64,000 nt of DNA from Lichenihabitans sp. (GTDB lineage Bacteria > Pseudomonadota > Alphaproteobacteria > Rhizobiales > Beijerinckiaceae), in the NCBI GenBank assembly GCA_965214365.1, contig CBDCBM010000004.1:1926881-1990880 (forward strand), written 5' to 3'. Numbering within the stretch: position 1 is the first letter of the stretch; each line of letters opens with the position of its first letter. Shown one piece after another: positions 30,638 to 39,748 of the stretch. The position numbers were made by a program, and so were the translations under genes. Under the pieces are notes generated by a model, which saw nothing but the letters and a program-made list of their open reading frames with translations, was not told the origin of the DNA and ran no database searches.

Positions 30638-31236
30638 ACCTCGCCGACCTTGCAGCCGAATTCTGCGGCGGCGTCCGATAGCCAGTGTCCGAATCCACCC
30701 GCCATAGAGCGGGGCACCGCGACTTCGTAAGTCGGACGGTCGTCAAGCTGCCACAGCAGGGCTGAAATCCCCACCGCGACCGTCATGGCCACATCCCCAG
30801 CGCGGAAGGCGCGTGGATGGAGATCGATCTCGAACCCCTTGGCGAGCGCGTCTCGCACACGCGGGCCGCTGATAGTCAGGGCGGCGCGTGAATGACTCTG
30901 GTCGATGAGGGTGGCGTGAGAGGTCCATCCCGACAGGTCGGCTTCCAACTGCGCGAAGGACCCGGAGCGGCGCACCAGCCACTGGCCCGGCCCCGCCCAG
31001 AGTAGGGTAAGGCCCTGCGCATTGACCCATCGCGGCTTCAACGGAAGCTCGAGCCCCCAGGCTGTCACGGCCCGCGTTAAACCGTCGCCAGAACCTCGCC
31101 GCAGGCTCATCAAAGCCATGGCGCAGGGGGTCGATTCCACGATCGTCACCCCCGGCGCGCCGGATTGATTGCCAAGCCGGCCGCGCCGCCAAACGCCCGC
31201 CCAGGGAGAGATTTCGGCAAAAGCTGTGTCAGCCAC
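30634..31236 (-). CDS. soxG: Heterotetrameric sarcosine oxidase-type gamma subunit
   Basis: LLWAGPGQWL, IDQSHSRAALTISGPRVRDALAKGFEIDLHPRAF and YEVAVPRSMAG. Probable GTG start at 31236, overlapping the soxA stop. Confidence 0.88.
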   Translation of the reverse strand: MADTAFAEISPWAGVWRRGRLGNQSGAPGVTIVESTPCAMALMSLRRGSGDGLTRAVTAWGLELPLKPRWVNAQGLTLLWAGPGQWLVRRSGSFAQLEADLSGWTSHATLIDQSHSRAALTISGPRVRDALAKGFEIDLHPRAFRAGDVAMTVAVGISALLWQLDDRPTYEVAVPRSMAGGFGHWLSDAAAEFGCKVGEV

Positions 31237-34200
31237 GCAGGCGCGCTCCTTCAGGATCGTAGAAGACTGGCGCACAGACCTGCACAAGCGTGTCACGGCC
31301 CCTCACGGGGTCATAGGCGCGCACCTGTTCCCCGTGGCGACGCGGCCCGCGCCGCAACAGACCGAGGGCGATCACCGAGCCCAGGGTCGGCGACCAGGCC
31401 GAGGAGGTGATGAAGCCTTCGTCGTTGCGGGCCTTGTTCTCGGCTCCGGGCCGCAACAGATGGGCGCCGGCGCCGATCGGATCCTGGGGGTTGACTGGTT
31501 TGAAGCCAACGAGGACCGGCCGCTCGGGATCGACCAGCGCCGGCCGCCCCGCGAGCGTCGCGCCGATAAAATCCTTCTTCATGGACATCATGCGCCCAAG
31601 TCCGAGGTCCATCGCGGTGGTCTGCCCGTTCAACTCGCCGCCGGCCGCATGCCCCTTTTCGATGCGCAAGACGTTGAGAGCCTCGATCCCGTAAGGGACG
31701 ATGCCATGCGGCGTTCCGGCCACCATCAAGGCGCGCAACAGGCTATCGCCGGCATTGGCCGGCACAGCGAGTTCATAGGCGAGTTCGCCCGAGAAGGAGA
31801 TGCGGAACAGCCGGGCCGGCGTCCCATCCCGCAACGCAGCCGACGCCACCGCCATGAACGGGAAAGCCGCGTTGGACAGATCGAACTCCTGCCCGAGAAC
31901 CGCCGATAGGACCTCGCGCGAGCGCGGGCCGGCAATGGCGAATTGCGCCCATTGTTCCGTCACCGACGCCATGGAAACGTCGAGGTCCGGCCAGAGCACC
32001 TGAGCCGCGAATTCCATATGCGCCATCACCTTCACGGCATTGGCTGTGGTGGTCGAGAGGACGTACCGCTCCGCGCCGAGCCGGGCGACAGTACCGTCGT
32101 CCATGACGAAGCCATCCTCGCGCAGCATGACGCCATAGCGGGCCCGGCCGACGGGAAGCGTCGACATCATATTGGTGTAGAGCCGGTCGAGCAGGATGGC
32201 GGAATCCTTGCCGACGACCTCGATCTTGCCGAGAGTCGAGACGTCACAGAGCCCCACCCGTTCGCGCACCGCCTTCACCTCGCGATCGCAAGCGTCACGC
32301 CAGCCCTTGTCACCCGGCTTCGGAAAATATTGCGCGCGCAGCCAGAGGCCGGTCTCCATGAAGACCGCGCCTTCGTGGACCGCCCAGGCATGGCCCGCCG
32401 TCAGCCGCGTCGGCTTGAGATGCTTGCCCTTATGGTGGCCCGCGAGCGTCCCGATGGCGACCGGCGTATAGGGTGGCCGGAAGCGCGTCGTGCCCGTGGC
32501 CGCGACCGTCTGGCAGGTGAGTTCCGCCATCAAGGCGAGGCCGTTGACATTGGAGGTCTTGCCCTGATCCGTCGCCATGCCGAGGGTCGTATAGCGCTTG
32601 AGATGTTCGACGGACCGGAACCCTTCGGCTTTCGCGATCTCGACGTCCGAGGCCGACACGTCGTTCTGGAAATCGACGAAAGCCTTGCCCTTGAGGTTCT
32701 TGACCCGCCAGAGCGGCGTCACGGCCGTGCTCTCGGCATCGGCGGAGGGAATGGTTACCGATTTCGGGTGGAAGCCGCACGCCGAGGCGGCCTCGCAGCC
32801 CGCCCGAATGCCGTCCGCCAGACAAGCCGCAAGCGCGAAGTCACCCCTCGCGGCTCCGACGACCTTCATGCCGGGCGGCAAGGTTCCTGGGACGAAAGCG
32901 GCCAGCGAGGGCGCCCATTCCGGACGGCCGCCGAGATGCGACGTGAGATGGACGGTCGGCTGCCAGCCGCCGGAAACGGCAAGCAGATCGCACGGCAAAG
33001 ACAGCACCTGACCACGGGCGTCGCGGATCTCGACGCCCTGCAGTTGCCGCGTGCCGAGCGCGCGCGAGACGACGCCCTCGACCAGCCGGGCGCCTGTTTC
33101 GCGACTCAGCACTTCGAGGCTAACGAGCGCGTCGGGGCGCGGGTCGACCACGGCCGCGAGCTCGATGCCGGCTTGAGTGAGTTCGCGTGCCGTGCGCAGC
33201 GCATCGTCGTTGTTGCCGAAGATCACGGCACGACTGCCGGGTTTGACGGCGAAACGATGCAGATAGGCCCGGACCGCGCCCGCCAGCATCACGCCCGGCC
33301 GATCGTTATCGGCGAAGACGACGGGCCGCTCGATGGCACCACTCGCCAGGATCGCCTGTTTGGCTACGATGCGCCAAAGCCGCTGGCGCGGCTCATGAGC
33401 CGGCGGCGTGGCGACATGGTCGTTGACGCGCTCCACCGCCGCATAGGTGCCCCCGTCATAGACGCCGACGACCGTCGTGCGCCGTAGGACCCTCACCTCC
33501 GGCAGGCTCGACAGTTCGGCCTCGACCGAGGCGACGAACGCAGGCCCCGATTGCCCGCCGATCTCCCGCTGCTCGTTGAGCAACCGACCGCCGAGCGCGA
33601 AATCCTCCTGCAGCAGCATGACGCGGGCGCCCGAGCGCCCGGCCGCAAGGGCCGCCACCAGGCCGGCGGGGCCGGCGCCGATGATCAGGACGTCGCAGAA
33701 GGCGGTGCACTTTTCGTAACGATCGGGATCCGGGGTCTCCGCAGCACGGCCGAGCCCGGCCGCCTTGCGGATCATGGGCTCGTAGACCTTCTCCCAGAAG
33801 GCGGCCGGCCACATGAACGTCTTGTAGTAGAAACCGGCGCCCAGGATCGGCGCGGCCAGCGAATTGATGGAAAGAAGGTCGAAACGCAGGTTGGGCCAAC
33901 GGTTTTGGCTCTGCGCCACGAGGCCATCGTAGACCTCGGTGGTGGTGGCTCGGGTGTTGGGCTCGCGCCGTGCGCCGTCCCTCAACTCGACGAGCGCGTT
34001 CGGCTCCTCGGGTCCCGCGCTCAGGATGCCGCGCGGCCGATGATACTTGAACGAGCGCCCGACGAGGCGCACGCCATTGGCCAGGAGCGCCGAGGCCAGC
34101 GTATCGCCCGCGAAGCCTTGATATTGCTTGCCATCGAAGGAAAACGACAATGGCCGGCGCTCGATCTGGCCGCCGGCGATCAACCGAAAGGGCTGAACCC

Positions 34201-34297
34201 GAGAGGCGGCAGCCACGGGCGAATTGGGTGTGACCCGCGCGGCCCGACCTGGAGAACTTTCCCCGGGAACGGCTGCGGGACGGACTGCATCGCTCAT
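31229..34297 (-). CDS. soxA: Heterotetrameric sarcosine oxidase-type alpha subunit
   Basis: GDTLASALLANGVRLVGRSFKYHRPRG, IGAGPAGL, HLKRYTTLGMATDQGK and a C-terminal GcvT-like folate domain (DVSTLGKIE, RISFSGELAYEL). Start moved to MSDAVR (34297). Confidence 0.93.
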   Translation of the reverse strand: MSDAVRPAAVPGESSPGRAARVTPNSPVAAASRVQPFRLIAGGQIERRPLSFSFDGKQYQGFAGDTLASALLANGVRLVGRSFKYHRPRGILSAGPEEPNALVELRDGARREPNTRATTTEVYDGLVAQSQNRWPNLRFDLLSINSLAAPILGAGFYYKTFMWPAAFWEKVYEPMIRKAAGLGRAAETPDPDRYEKCTAFCDVLIIGAGPAGLVAALAAGRSGARVMLLQEDFALGGRLLNEQREIGGQSGPAFVASVEAELSSLPEVRVLRRTTVVGVYDGGTYAAVERVNDHVATPPAHEPRQRLWRIVAKQAILASGAIERPVVFADNDRPGVMLAGAVRAYLHRFAVKPGSRAVIFGNNDDALRTARELTQAGIELAAVVDPRPDALVSLEVLSRETGARLVEGVVSRALGTRQLQGVEIRDARGQVLSLPCDLLAVSGGWQPTVHLTSHLGGRPEWAPSLAAFVPGTLPPGMKVVGAARGDFALAACLADGIRAGCEAASACGFHPKSVTIPSADAESTAVTPLWRVKNLKGKAFVDFQNDVSASDVEIAKAEGFRSVEHLKRYTTLGMATDQGKTSNVNGLALMAELTCQTVAATGTTRFRPPYTPVAIGTLAGHHKGKHLKPTRLTAGHAWAVHEGAVFMETGLWLRAQYFPKPGDKGWRDACDREVKAVRERVGLCDVSTLGKIEVVGKDSAILLDRLYTNMMSTLPVGRARYGVMLREDGFVMDDGTVARLGAERYVLSTTTANAVKVMAHMEFAAQVLWPDLDVSMASVTEQWAQFAIAGPRSREVLSAVLGQEFDLSNAAFPFMAVASAALRDGTPARLFRISFSGELAYELAVPANAGDSLLRALMVAGTPHGIVPYGIEALNVLRIEKGHAAGGELNGQTTAMDLGLGRMMSMKKDFIGATLAGRPALVDPERPVLVGFKPVNPQDPIGAGAHLLRPGAENKARNDEGFITSSAWSPTLGSVIALGLLRRGPRRHGEQVRAYDPVRGRDTLVQVCAPVFYDPEGARLRG

Positions 34298-34581
34298 CGG
34301 GTGAACTCCCCAGCCTGGCCCTTCACCCCACGCGCCGCCGAGACCGAGGCAATTTCGTGGGTCGAGATGTTGCGCTCGACTGTCAGCCAGGCCCGACATC
34401 CCGCGCTGTGCTGCCACCATTCACGCAGCATGCCAGGAGGATTGCGGCGAATATAAACATACTCGAAAAAAGCCGCTTCCCCGGCGGTCGCACCGGTCTC
34501 TGGCCGAACCGGCGCCGCATCGCCCAGATACGTGAATTCGGCGTTGGACCGTTCGCCGCAGAAGGGGCAGGCAATGCGCAT
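34294..34581 (-). CDS. soxD: Sarcosine oxidase-type delta subunit
   Basis: MRIACPFCGERSNAEFTYLGDA...YIRRNPPG...EWWQHSAGCRAWL, with the Zn-binding Cys/His pattern. Its stop overlaps the soxA start. Confidence 0.9.
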   Translation of the reverse strand: MRIACPFCGERSNAEFTYLGDAAPVRPETGATAGEAAFFEYVYIRRNPPGMLREWWQHSAGCRAWLTVERNISTHEIASVSAARGVKGQAGEFTR

Positions 34582-34625
34582 GGGTGTCGGGTTCCAAAAA
34601 GCGGCAGCATTCAAGTCTTGATGGT

Positions 34626-35912
34626 TCAATGCAGGTTGGGCTGTGCCCCGGACCCCGCCTCGTCCAACAAATGGCCCGTGGCGAAACGATCGAGCCGGTA
34701 GGGTACGTTCAGGACATGCGGCTCGTCGTTGGCGATCGTATGAGCGAAGCAGAAGCCGGACGCCGGGGTTGCCTTGAAGCCGCCGTAGCACCAGCCGGCA
34801 TTAAGGTAGAGACCCTCGACGGAGGTCTTGTCGATGATCGGCGATCCGTCCATCGACATATCCATGATGCCGCCCCAGGAGCGCAGCACGCGCAGCCGCC
34901 CGAGGCGCGGCATCACGGAGACCGCTTCCTCCATCACCTCCTCGACCATGGGCAGGTTGCCGCGCTGCGCATAGGAATTGTAGCCGTCGATCGAGCCGCC
35001 GAAGACGAGGCCGCCCTTGTCCGATTGGCTGATGTAAAAATGCCCCCCGCCAAAAGTCACGACATTGGGCACCAGCGGTTTGATGCCTTCCGACACGAAG
35101 GCCTGGAGCACGTGGCTCTCGATCGGCAGCCGCAAGCCGGCCATGGCCGCGACGCGGGAGGAATTGCCCGCGCAGGCAAGGCCGATCTTCTTGGCGCCGA
35201 TGAAGCCGCGCGACGTCTCGACCCCCGTCACCCGCCCGCCCGCCATGCGGATGCCGGTCACCTCGCAATTCTGCAGGATATCGACGCCGCGTTTGTCGGC
35301 AGCCCGGGCGTAGCCCCAGGCAACGGCGTCATGGCGCACAGTGCCGCCGCGCTTCTGCAACAGGCCACCGGTGATCGGAAAACGGGCATTGTCGAAATCA
35401 AGGTCGGGGACCAGCGCCCTCACCCCCTCGCGGTCGAGAAGTTCGGCGCCGACGCCGTTGAGCCGCATGGCGTTGCCGCGCCGCGCGAAGGCGTCGCGTT
35501 GCGAATCAGAATGGCACAGGTTCAGAACCCCGCGCTGGCTCACCATGGCGTTGTAATTGATGTCCTGTTCTAGCCCTTCCCAAAGCTGAAGCGACTTTTC
35601 GTAGAAGGGGATATTGCCGTGCTCGCGATAGTTGGAGCGGATAATGGTGGTGTTGCGACCGACGTTACCCGAGCCGATCCAGCCCTTCTCCACCACGGCG
35701 ACATTGGCAAGGCCGTGGTTCTTGGCGAGATAATAGGCGGTGGCAAGTCCATGGCCGCCGCCGCCGACGATCACAGCGTCATAGGCGGGCTTGGGTTCGG
35801 GCTCGCGCCACACCGGGGTCCAACCGGTCTGTCCCTTGAACGCCTGCGACAGAATGGAAAAGATCGAATAATGCACGGCGATCCGGCTCCGTAGATGCAT
35901 CCCTCGGGGCAA
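34626..35912 (-). CDS. soxB: Sarcosine oxidase-type beta subunit (FAD)
   Basis: IVGGGGHGLATAYYLA, GSGNVGRNTTIIRSNY and NAGWCYGGFKATPASG. The real start is probably GTG near 35876. Confidence 0.93.
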   Translation of the reverse strand: MPRGMHLRSRIAVHYSIFSILSQAFKGQTGWTPVWREPEPKPAYDAVIVGGGGHGLATAYYLAKNHGLANVAVVEKGWIGSGNVGRNTTIIRSNYREHGNIPFYEKSLQLWEGLEQDINYNAMVSQRGVLNLCHSDSQRDAFARRGNAMRLNGVGAELLDREGVRALVPDLDFDNARFPITGGLLQKRGGTVRHDAVAWGYARAADKRGVDILQNCEVTGIRMAGGRVTGVETSRGFIGAKKIGLACAGNSSRVAAMAGLRLPIESHVLQAFVSEGIKPLVPNVVTFGGGHFYISQSDKGGLVFGGSIDGYNSYAQRGNLPMVEEVMEEAVSVMPRLGRLRVLRSWGGIMDMSMDGSPIIDKTSVEGLYLNAGWCYGGFKATPASGFCFAHTIANDEPHVLNVPYRLDRFATGHLLDEAGSGAQPNLH

Positions 35913-36153
35913 GGGCCCCAGGGGATGGCGGAAGCTGCCCGAAGCGCGATCCGAAACAGCGAAGCTTAGCGGCGACTCTTAGCTGGCCTTCAGCACTTCC
36001 TCAACAGCCGTGTGACATCGTCGACCGTGACAATCGGATGCGCCGGTCGATCAATTTTGCGGCGCACGCATGCGCAACGTCGCCTTCGTCTCGGCGCGGT
36101 ATTGGCTAAATCCCGTCAGTCCGGCTAGTTAGGCGAAACAGCCCGAGGATGGC

Positions 36154-36693
36154 ATGGCTCCCGACAGCGATCTGAAAGACTCGATCCGCAGCATTCCGGA
36201 TTACCCGAAGCCGGGGATCATGTTTCGCGACATCACGACCTTGCTCGGCGACGCCCGGGCTTTCCGGCGCGCCATCGACGAATTGGTGCAGCCCTGGGCC
36301 GGCACTAAGGTCGACAAAGTGGCCGGCATCGAGGCGCGCGGCTTCATTCTCGGGGGCGCCGTGGCGCATCAGCTTTCCGCCGGCTTCGTGCCGATCCGTA
36401 AGAAGGGCAAGTTGCCCCATACGGTGGTGTCCATTGCCTATTCGCTCGAATATGGTCTCGACGAAATGGAGATGCACAAGGACGCGGTGACGCCCGGCGA
36501 GCGTGTCATCCTGGTCGACGACCTCATCGCGACCGGCGGCACGGCGACAGCCGCCGTCAGCCTGCTCAAGCGCATCGGCGCCGATGTGGTGGCGGCCTGT
36601 TTCGTGATCGATCTGCCGGATTTGGGCGGTGCCGACAAGATTCGGGGGCTCGGCGTGCCGGTCCGTACATTGATGGGATTTGAGGGCCACTGA
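36154..36693 (+). CDS. apt: Adenine phosphoribosyltransferase
   Basis: [30 protein letters not shown] and [13 protein letters not shown]. Confidence 0.97.
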   Translation: MAPDSDLKDSIRSIPDYPKPGIMFRDITTLLGDARAFRRAIDELVQPWAGTKVDKVAGIEARGFILGGAVAHQLSAGFVPIRKKGKLPHTVVSIAYSLEYGLDEMEMHKDAVTPGERVILVDDLIATGGTATAAVSLLKRIGADVVAACFVIDLPDLGGADKIRGLGVPVRTLMGFEGH

Positions 36694-36701
36694 GTTCGTC
36701 G

Positions 36702-37187
36702 ATGGCAGGGTCAAAGCCACCGTCCATCCGCCGCGTCCTTTGGGCCGATTTCGATGACATCGGCACGCCGCACCTCTATGCGATGCTGCGCCTGCGATGC
36801 GATGTCTTCGTCGTCGAGCAGAACTGTCCCTATCCGGACATCGACGGCCTCGACTCGAAGGCCGCTCATCTCCTGGTCTGGCTTGATGCCGGCGAGCCGC
36901 TGTCCGGTTGCCTGCGGGTTTTTCTCCCCTATGCCGATTGTCCCTTCGCGAAGATCGGCCGCGTCGCGACCGCCAAGGCGGTGCGGGGAACCGGCCTCGG
37001 ACGCTGGATGATGCTTGAGGCGCTGAGCAACATCGATGCGCGCCATCCCGGCGCCACGACCGAAATCGGGGCGCAGGTCGCGATGGAAGGCTTTTACACA
37101 AGCCTCGGCTTTCTTCGCGTGTCGGAGGACTATGACGAGGACGGCATCGCCCATTGCACGATGATGCGGGCGAGCGGCAAGGCATGA
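36702..37187 (+). CDS. GNAT acetyltransferase, ElaA-like
   Basis: LRCDVFVVEQNCPYPDIDGLD, KIGRVAT...RGTGLG, GAQ and YDEDGIAH. Confidence 0.88.
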   Translation: MAGSKPPSIRRVLWADFDDIGTPHLYAMLRLRCDVFVVEQNCPYPDIDGLDSKAAHLLVWLDAGEPLSGCLRVFLPYADCPFAKIGRVATAKAVRGTGLGRWMMLEALSNIDARHPGATTEIGAQVAMEGFYTSLGFLRVSEDYDEDGIAHCTMMRASGKA

Positions 37188-37188
37188 C

Positions 37189-37665
37189 CTATCCCGGGCG
37201 CCGCTCCCAAAAGACGCTGCCATCGAATTCGAACACCACATCGCCGTTTTGATTGGTGCCGGTGTTGTGATGAAAGATCAGGCCCCAACCTGGCGTCGAG
37301 GTTCCGCGCTTCCCGACGAGTTCGGAAACATAGCGGATCGTATCGCCGACATGGACGGGCTTTTTCCATTTGAGCTGACGAAAGCCCGGCGATGGGCCGG
37401 GCTTTGACGGGGTCGAGCCGCTCGCCAGCAGCGAAGCCATCGTGGCTTGGCGATGAGCGACGTAGAGCTTCATCCAGATCGCCGCCGTATGCCAACCTGA
37501 AGCTGCCAGCCGTCCGAAATGGCTAAGGGCCGCCGCCGCGTCGTCGAGATGGAACGGTTGCGGATCGTAGCGCTGGGCAAAGCCGACGATCTCGTCCGCC
37601 GTGAACGTGTGGGTTCCGAGATCAAGCCGGGTCCCGATCACAAGGTCCTCGAAAAAGTCGCTCAA
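37189..37665 (-). CDS. MaoC family dehydratase
   Basis: FAQRYDPQPFHLD hydratase motif, ASGWHTAA, and PGFRQLKWKKPV. Confidence 0.88.
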   Translation of the reverse strand: MSDFFEDLVIGTRLDLGTHTFTADEIVGFAQRYDPQPFHLDDAAAALSHFGRLAASGWHTAAIWMKLYVAHRQATMASLLASGSTPSKPGPSPGFRQLKWKKPVHVGDTIRYVSELVGKRGTSTPGWGLIFHHNTGTNQNGDVVFEFDGSVFWERRPG

Positions 37666-38117
37666 GCTCGCTCCTCCGGCGTCCGGCGCTGAACCAGAAT
37701 GACGTTCCCCTGGCGCATGACGCAGGCGCCATGCTGATTCGTTATCGTGAACTCAACCCCTACAAGGCCCATCTCCGGCCGCGAGCGCGACGTCCGAAGG
37801 CTGGAGATCTGGCCATCAAGATGCAGATGGTCGCCGACAAGAACCGGCTGAGGCCATTCCACGATCTCGATGCCCGGGGCACCAAGACATGCGGTCCGGT
37901 GAAGGAAGACCTCGCAGATCATCCGCATGCCAAGGGCGCTCACATGCCATTCCGACAAGCCCCGGCCTTCGCGGGGTGGATCGGTCCAGGCTGACGCGTC
38001 GATCGCGGCATCAGCGAAAGCCGACTCGAACCAAGCCGCATCGTCCTGCGATACCAGCGTCTCGCCGTGCGGCAGAACCTGACCTTCCATCAAATCTTCG
38101 AAGAACCACTGCTGCAT
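37662..38117 (-). CDS. MaoC-like hot-dog fold protein with a degenerate active site
   Basis: FFEDL, LGAPGIEIVEWPQPVLVGDHL and SRSRPEMGLV. It overlaps the next gene by 4 bp and lacks the DPQPFH motif. Confidence 0.75.
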   Translation of the reverse strand: MQQWFFEDLMEGQVLPHGETLVSQDDAAWFESAFADAAIDASAWTDPPREGRGLSEWHVSALGMRMICEVFLHRTACLGAPGIEIVEWPQPVLVGDHLHLDGQISSLRTSRSRPEMGLVGVEFTITNQHGACVMRQGNVILVQRRTPEERA

Positions 38118-38454
38118 CACATCGATCTGTGGGCGAACGACCATGCAAGGCAAGGTCCAGAGATGGTAACTTGGGGAGCTTACGGCCATGATCAAGCATC
38201 AGCCGCGAGGCGGGCGCGCAACTAGAAGCGCGAACGGAGAGGCGTGCAAAACACCGAGGGGCTGTCTAGGGGCAGGTCCATCCCCGCCGCCTGCAAACCC
38301 CGAACGAGATCGCAAGCGCTGCTCTGTTCCTGGCGTCGGACGAGAGCGGTTTTGTGACTTGATCCCCCCGCAAGTCGCCCGAAAGGGTTGGGATAAGCAA
38401 TACAACGGGACGATAGGCGCGGGCAGGGGTACTTTCGTTTCGGCTGCCTTATAA

Positions 38455-38490
38455 AGAAACGCCGCTAACGATAGATCGTTAACGGCGCCT
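38455..38490 (-). terminator. Intrinsic (Rho-independent) terminator of the micropeptide gene
   Basis: The minus strand reads cgccgttaacgat-ct-atcgttagcggcg followed by tttcttt: a 13-bp stem with one U-G pair, a few nt after the TAA stop. Confidence 0.75.
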
Positions 38491-38493
38491 CCG

Positions 38494-38571
38494 TTAGTGA
38501 TGAAACAGCGCAATTAGAATAATGATCGGGATCGGCACGCCGATCAGCCACAGTAAAAGCGATCTACCCAT
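38494..38571 (-). CDS. 25-aa single-helix membrane micropeptide (MGRSLLLWLIGVPIPIIILIALFHH), not in the ORF track
   Basis: Hand translation runs from ATG 38571 to TAA 38494. A strong Shine-Dalgarno GGGAGGA lies 8 nt upstream. The peptide is fully hydrophobic and has its own promoter and terminator. Confidence 0.82.
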   Translation of the reverse strand: MGRSLLLWLIGVPIPIIILIALFHH

Positions 38572-38600
38572 GACGTCAGTCCTCCCTATCGATGACCGCT

Positions 38601-38626
38601 AACGTCGAATGTTTTGATGTGGTTCC
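38601..38626 (-). promoter_or_regulatory. EcfG (sigmaT/RpoE2) general-stress-response promoter
   Basis: The minus strand reads GGAAC-cacatcaaaacattcga(17 nt)-CGTT, about 30 nt upstream of the micropeptide ATG. This matches the alphaproteobacterial EcfG consensus GGAAC-N16/17-CGTT. Confidence 0.7.
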
Positions 38627-38713
38627 ATCAACACGACCGGATGAGCGGAAATCTGTTTAGGCGTGTGAAAAAGATAAAAATCGGGCCTTGCTCCACCGCC
38701 GCGATGGGCATTT

Positions 38714-39748
38714 TCAGCGAGAACCGCGCCGAGGCGCTTTCGGCTGCTGCTGAGTAATGCAGTGGATATTGCCTCCGCCATCCGCGATCCCGTGGCCGGG
38801 CACGATCACGATCTCGCGCTCCGGAAAAGCCATGCCGAGGACGCGAGCCGCCTCAGCGTCGGTGACCGCGTCAAAGCCCGGCATGATGATGGCTCCATTG
38901 GCGAGGTAGAAATTGACATAGGACAGCGCCACGGCCTGACCGTTGTCGTCATAATTGCGGGGCGGCATCGGCAGATCGAGGATCGTGAGGCGCCGTCCAC
39001 GGGCATCGATGGCCTTCTCGAGCACCGCCCTCGCCTCGGCCAGGATGGCGAAGTCGGGATCGGAGCGATCCGAGGTCGCCGGCAGCAGCACATGCGCGGG
39101 TTTATAAAAGCAGCATAGGTTGTCGACGTGACCTCGGGTCTCGTCGTTGGTGAGCCCGCGCGGCAGCCAGACGACACTCTCCACGCCGAGAGTCGCCATG
39201 AGATTCGCCTCGATATCCGCCTTGTCGAGATGCGGATTGCGCTTGGGGTCGAGCAGGCATTCCTCGGTGGTGAGCAGCGTCGCCTCGCCATCGACATGGA
39301 TGGAGCCGCCCTCCAGGATTTGGGGACCGACGATCCGCCGCGCCCCGGCGAGGTCGAGGATGCGGCGCGCCAGACGGGCGTCGCGATCGAACCCGTCGTA
39401 GCAAAGCCCCCAGGCGTTGAAGCCCCAATCGACCCCGGCGAGATCGCCGGCCTCGTCGACCACGAAGGTCGGGCCGATGTCGCGGGTCCAGCTATCGTCG
39501 AGCTCGGCCGGCACGAGGTCGGCGGCCCCCGCCGTCAAGCGGCCGGCCTCGTCGAGATCCTCCAGGCGGACCATCAGCGTCACCGGCTCATGCGCGGCAA
39601 TGGCCTTGACGACAGCGGCGAAAGCCTCGCGCGCCGGCCCGAGGCCATGACGCCAAAGGTCCGCCCGGCAGGGCCATGCCATCCAGCAGCGCTCGTGCGG
39701 CTCCCACTCGGCGGGCATGCGGCGACGTTGCGGCGCCCCGCGGGTCAT
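38714..39748 (-). CDS. aguA: Agmatine deiminase family protein
   Basis: RMPAEWEPHERCWMAWP, DDSWTRDIGP, FNAWG, LEGGSIHVDG, GHVDN, SYVNFY and GGGNIHCITQQQP (catalytic Cys). Start moved to 39748. Confidence 0.92.
   Translation of the reverse strand: MTRGAPQRRRMPAEWEPHERCWMAWPCRADLWRHGLGPAREAFAAVVKAIAAHEPVTLMVRLEDLDEAGRLTAGAADLVPAELDDSWTRDIGPTFVVDEAGDLAGVDWGFNAWGLCYDGFDRDARLARRILDLAGARRIVGPQILEGGSIHVDGEATLLTTEECLLDPKRNPHLDKADIEANLMATLGVESVVWLPRGLTNDETRGHVDNLCCFYKPAHVLLPATSDRSDPDFAILAEARAVLEKAIDARGRRLTILDLPMPPRNYDDNGQAVALSYVNFYLANGAIIMPGFDAVTDAEAARVLGMAFPEREIVIVPGHGIADGGGNIHCITQQQPKAPRRGSR

Noticed and set aside
31943-33487. 514-aa plus-strand ORF and similar long antisense ORFs opposite soxA, the glucoamylase, tpsB and cbbL
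   Set aside because: They are antisense shadows of well-supported genes.
35913-36153. Possible riboswitch (glycine or THF class) in the soxB leader
   Set aside because: I could not find the conserved aptamer motifs by eye. An Infernal/Rfam scan would settle it.
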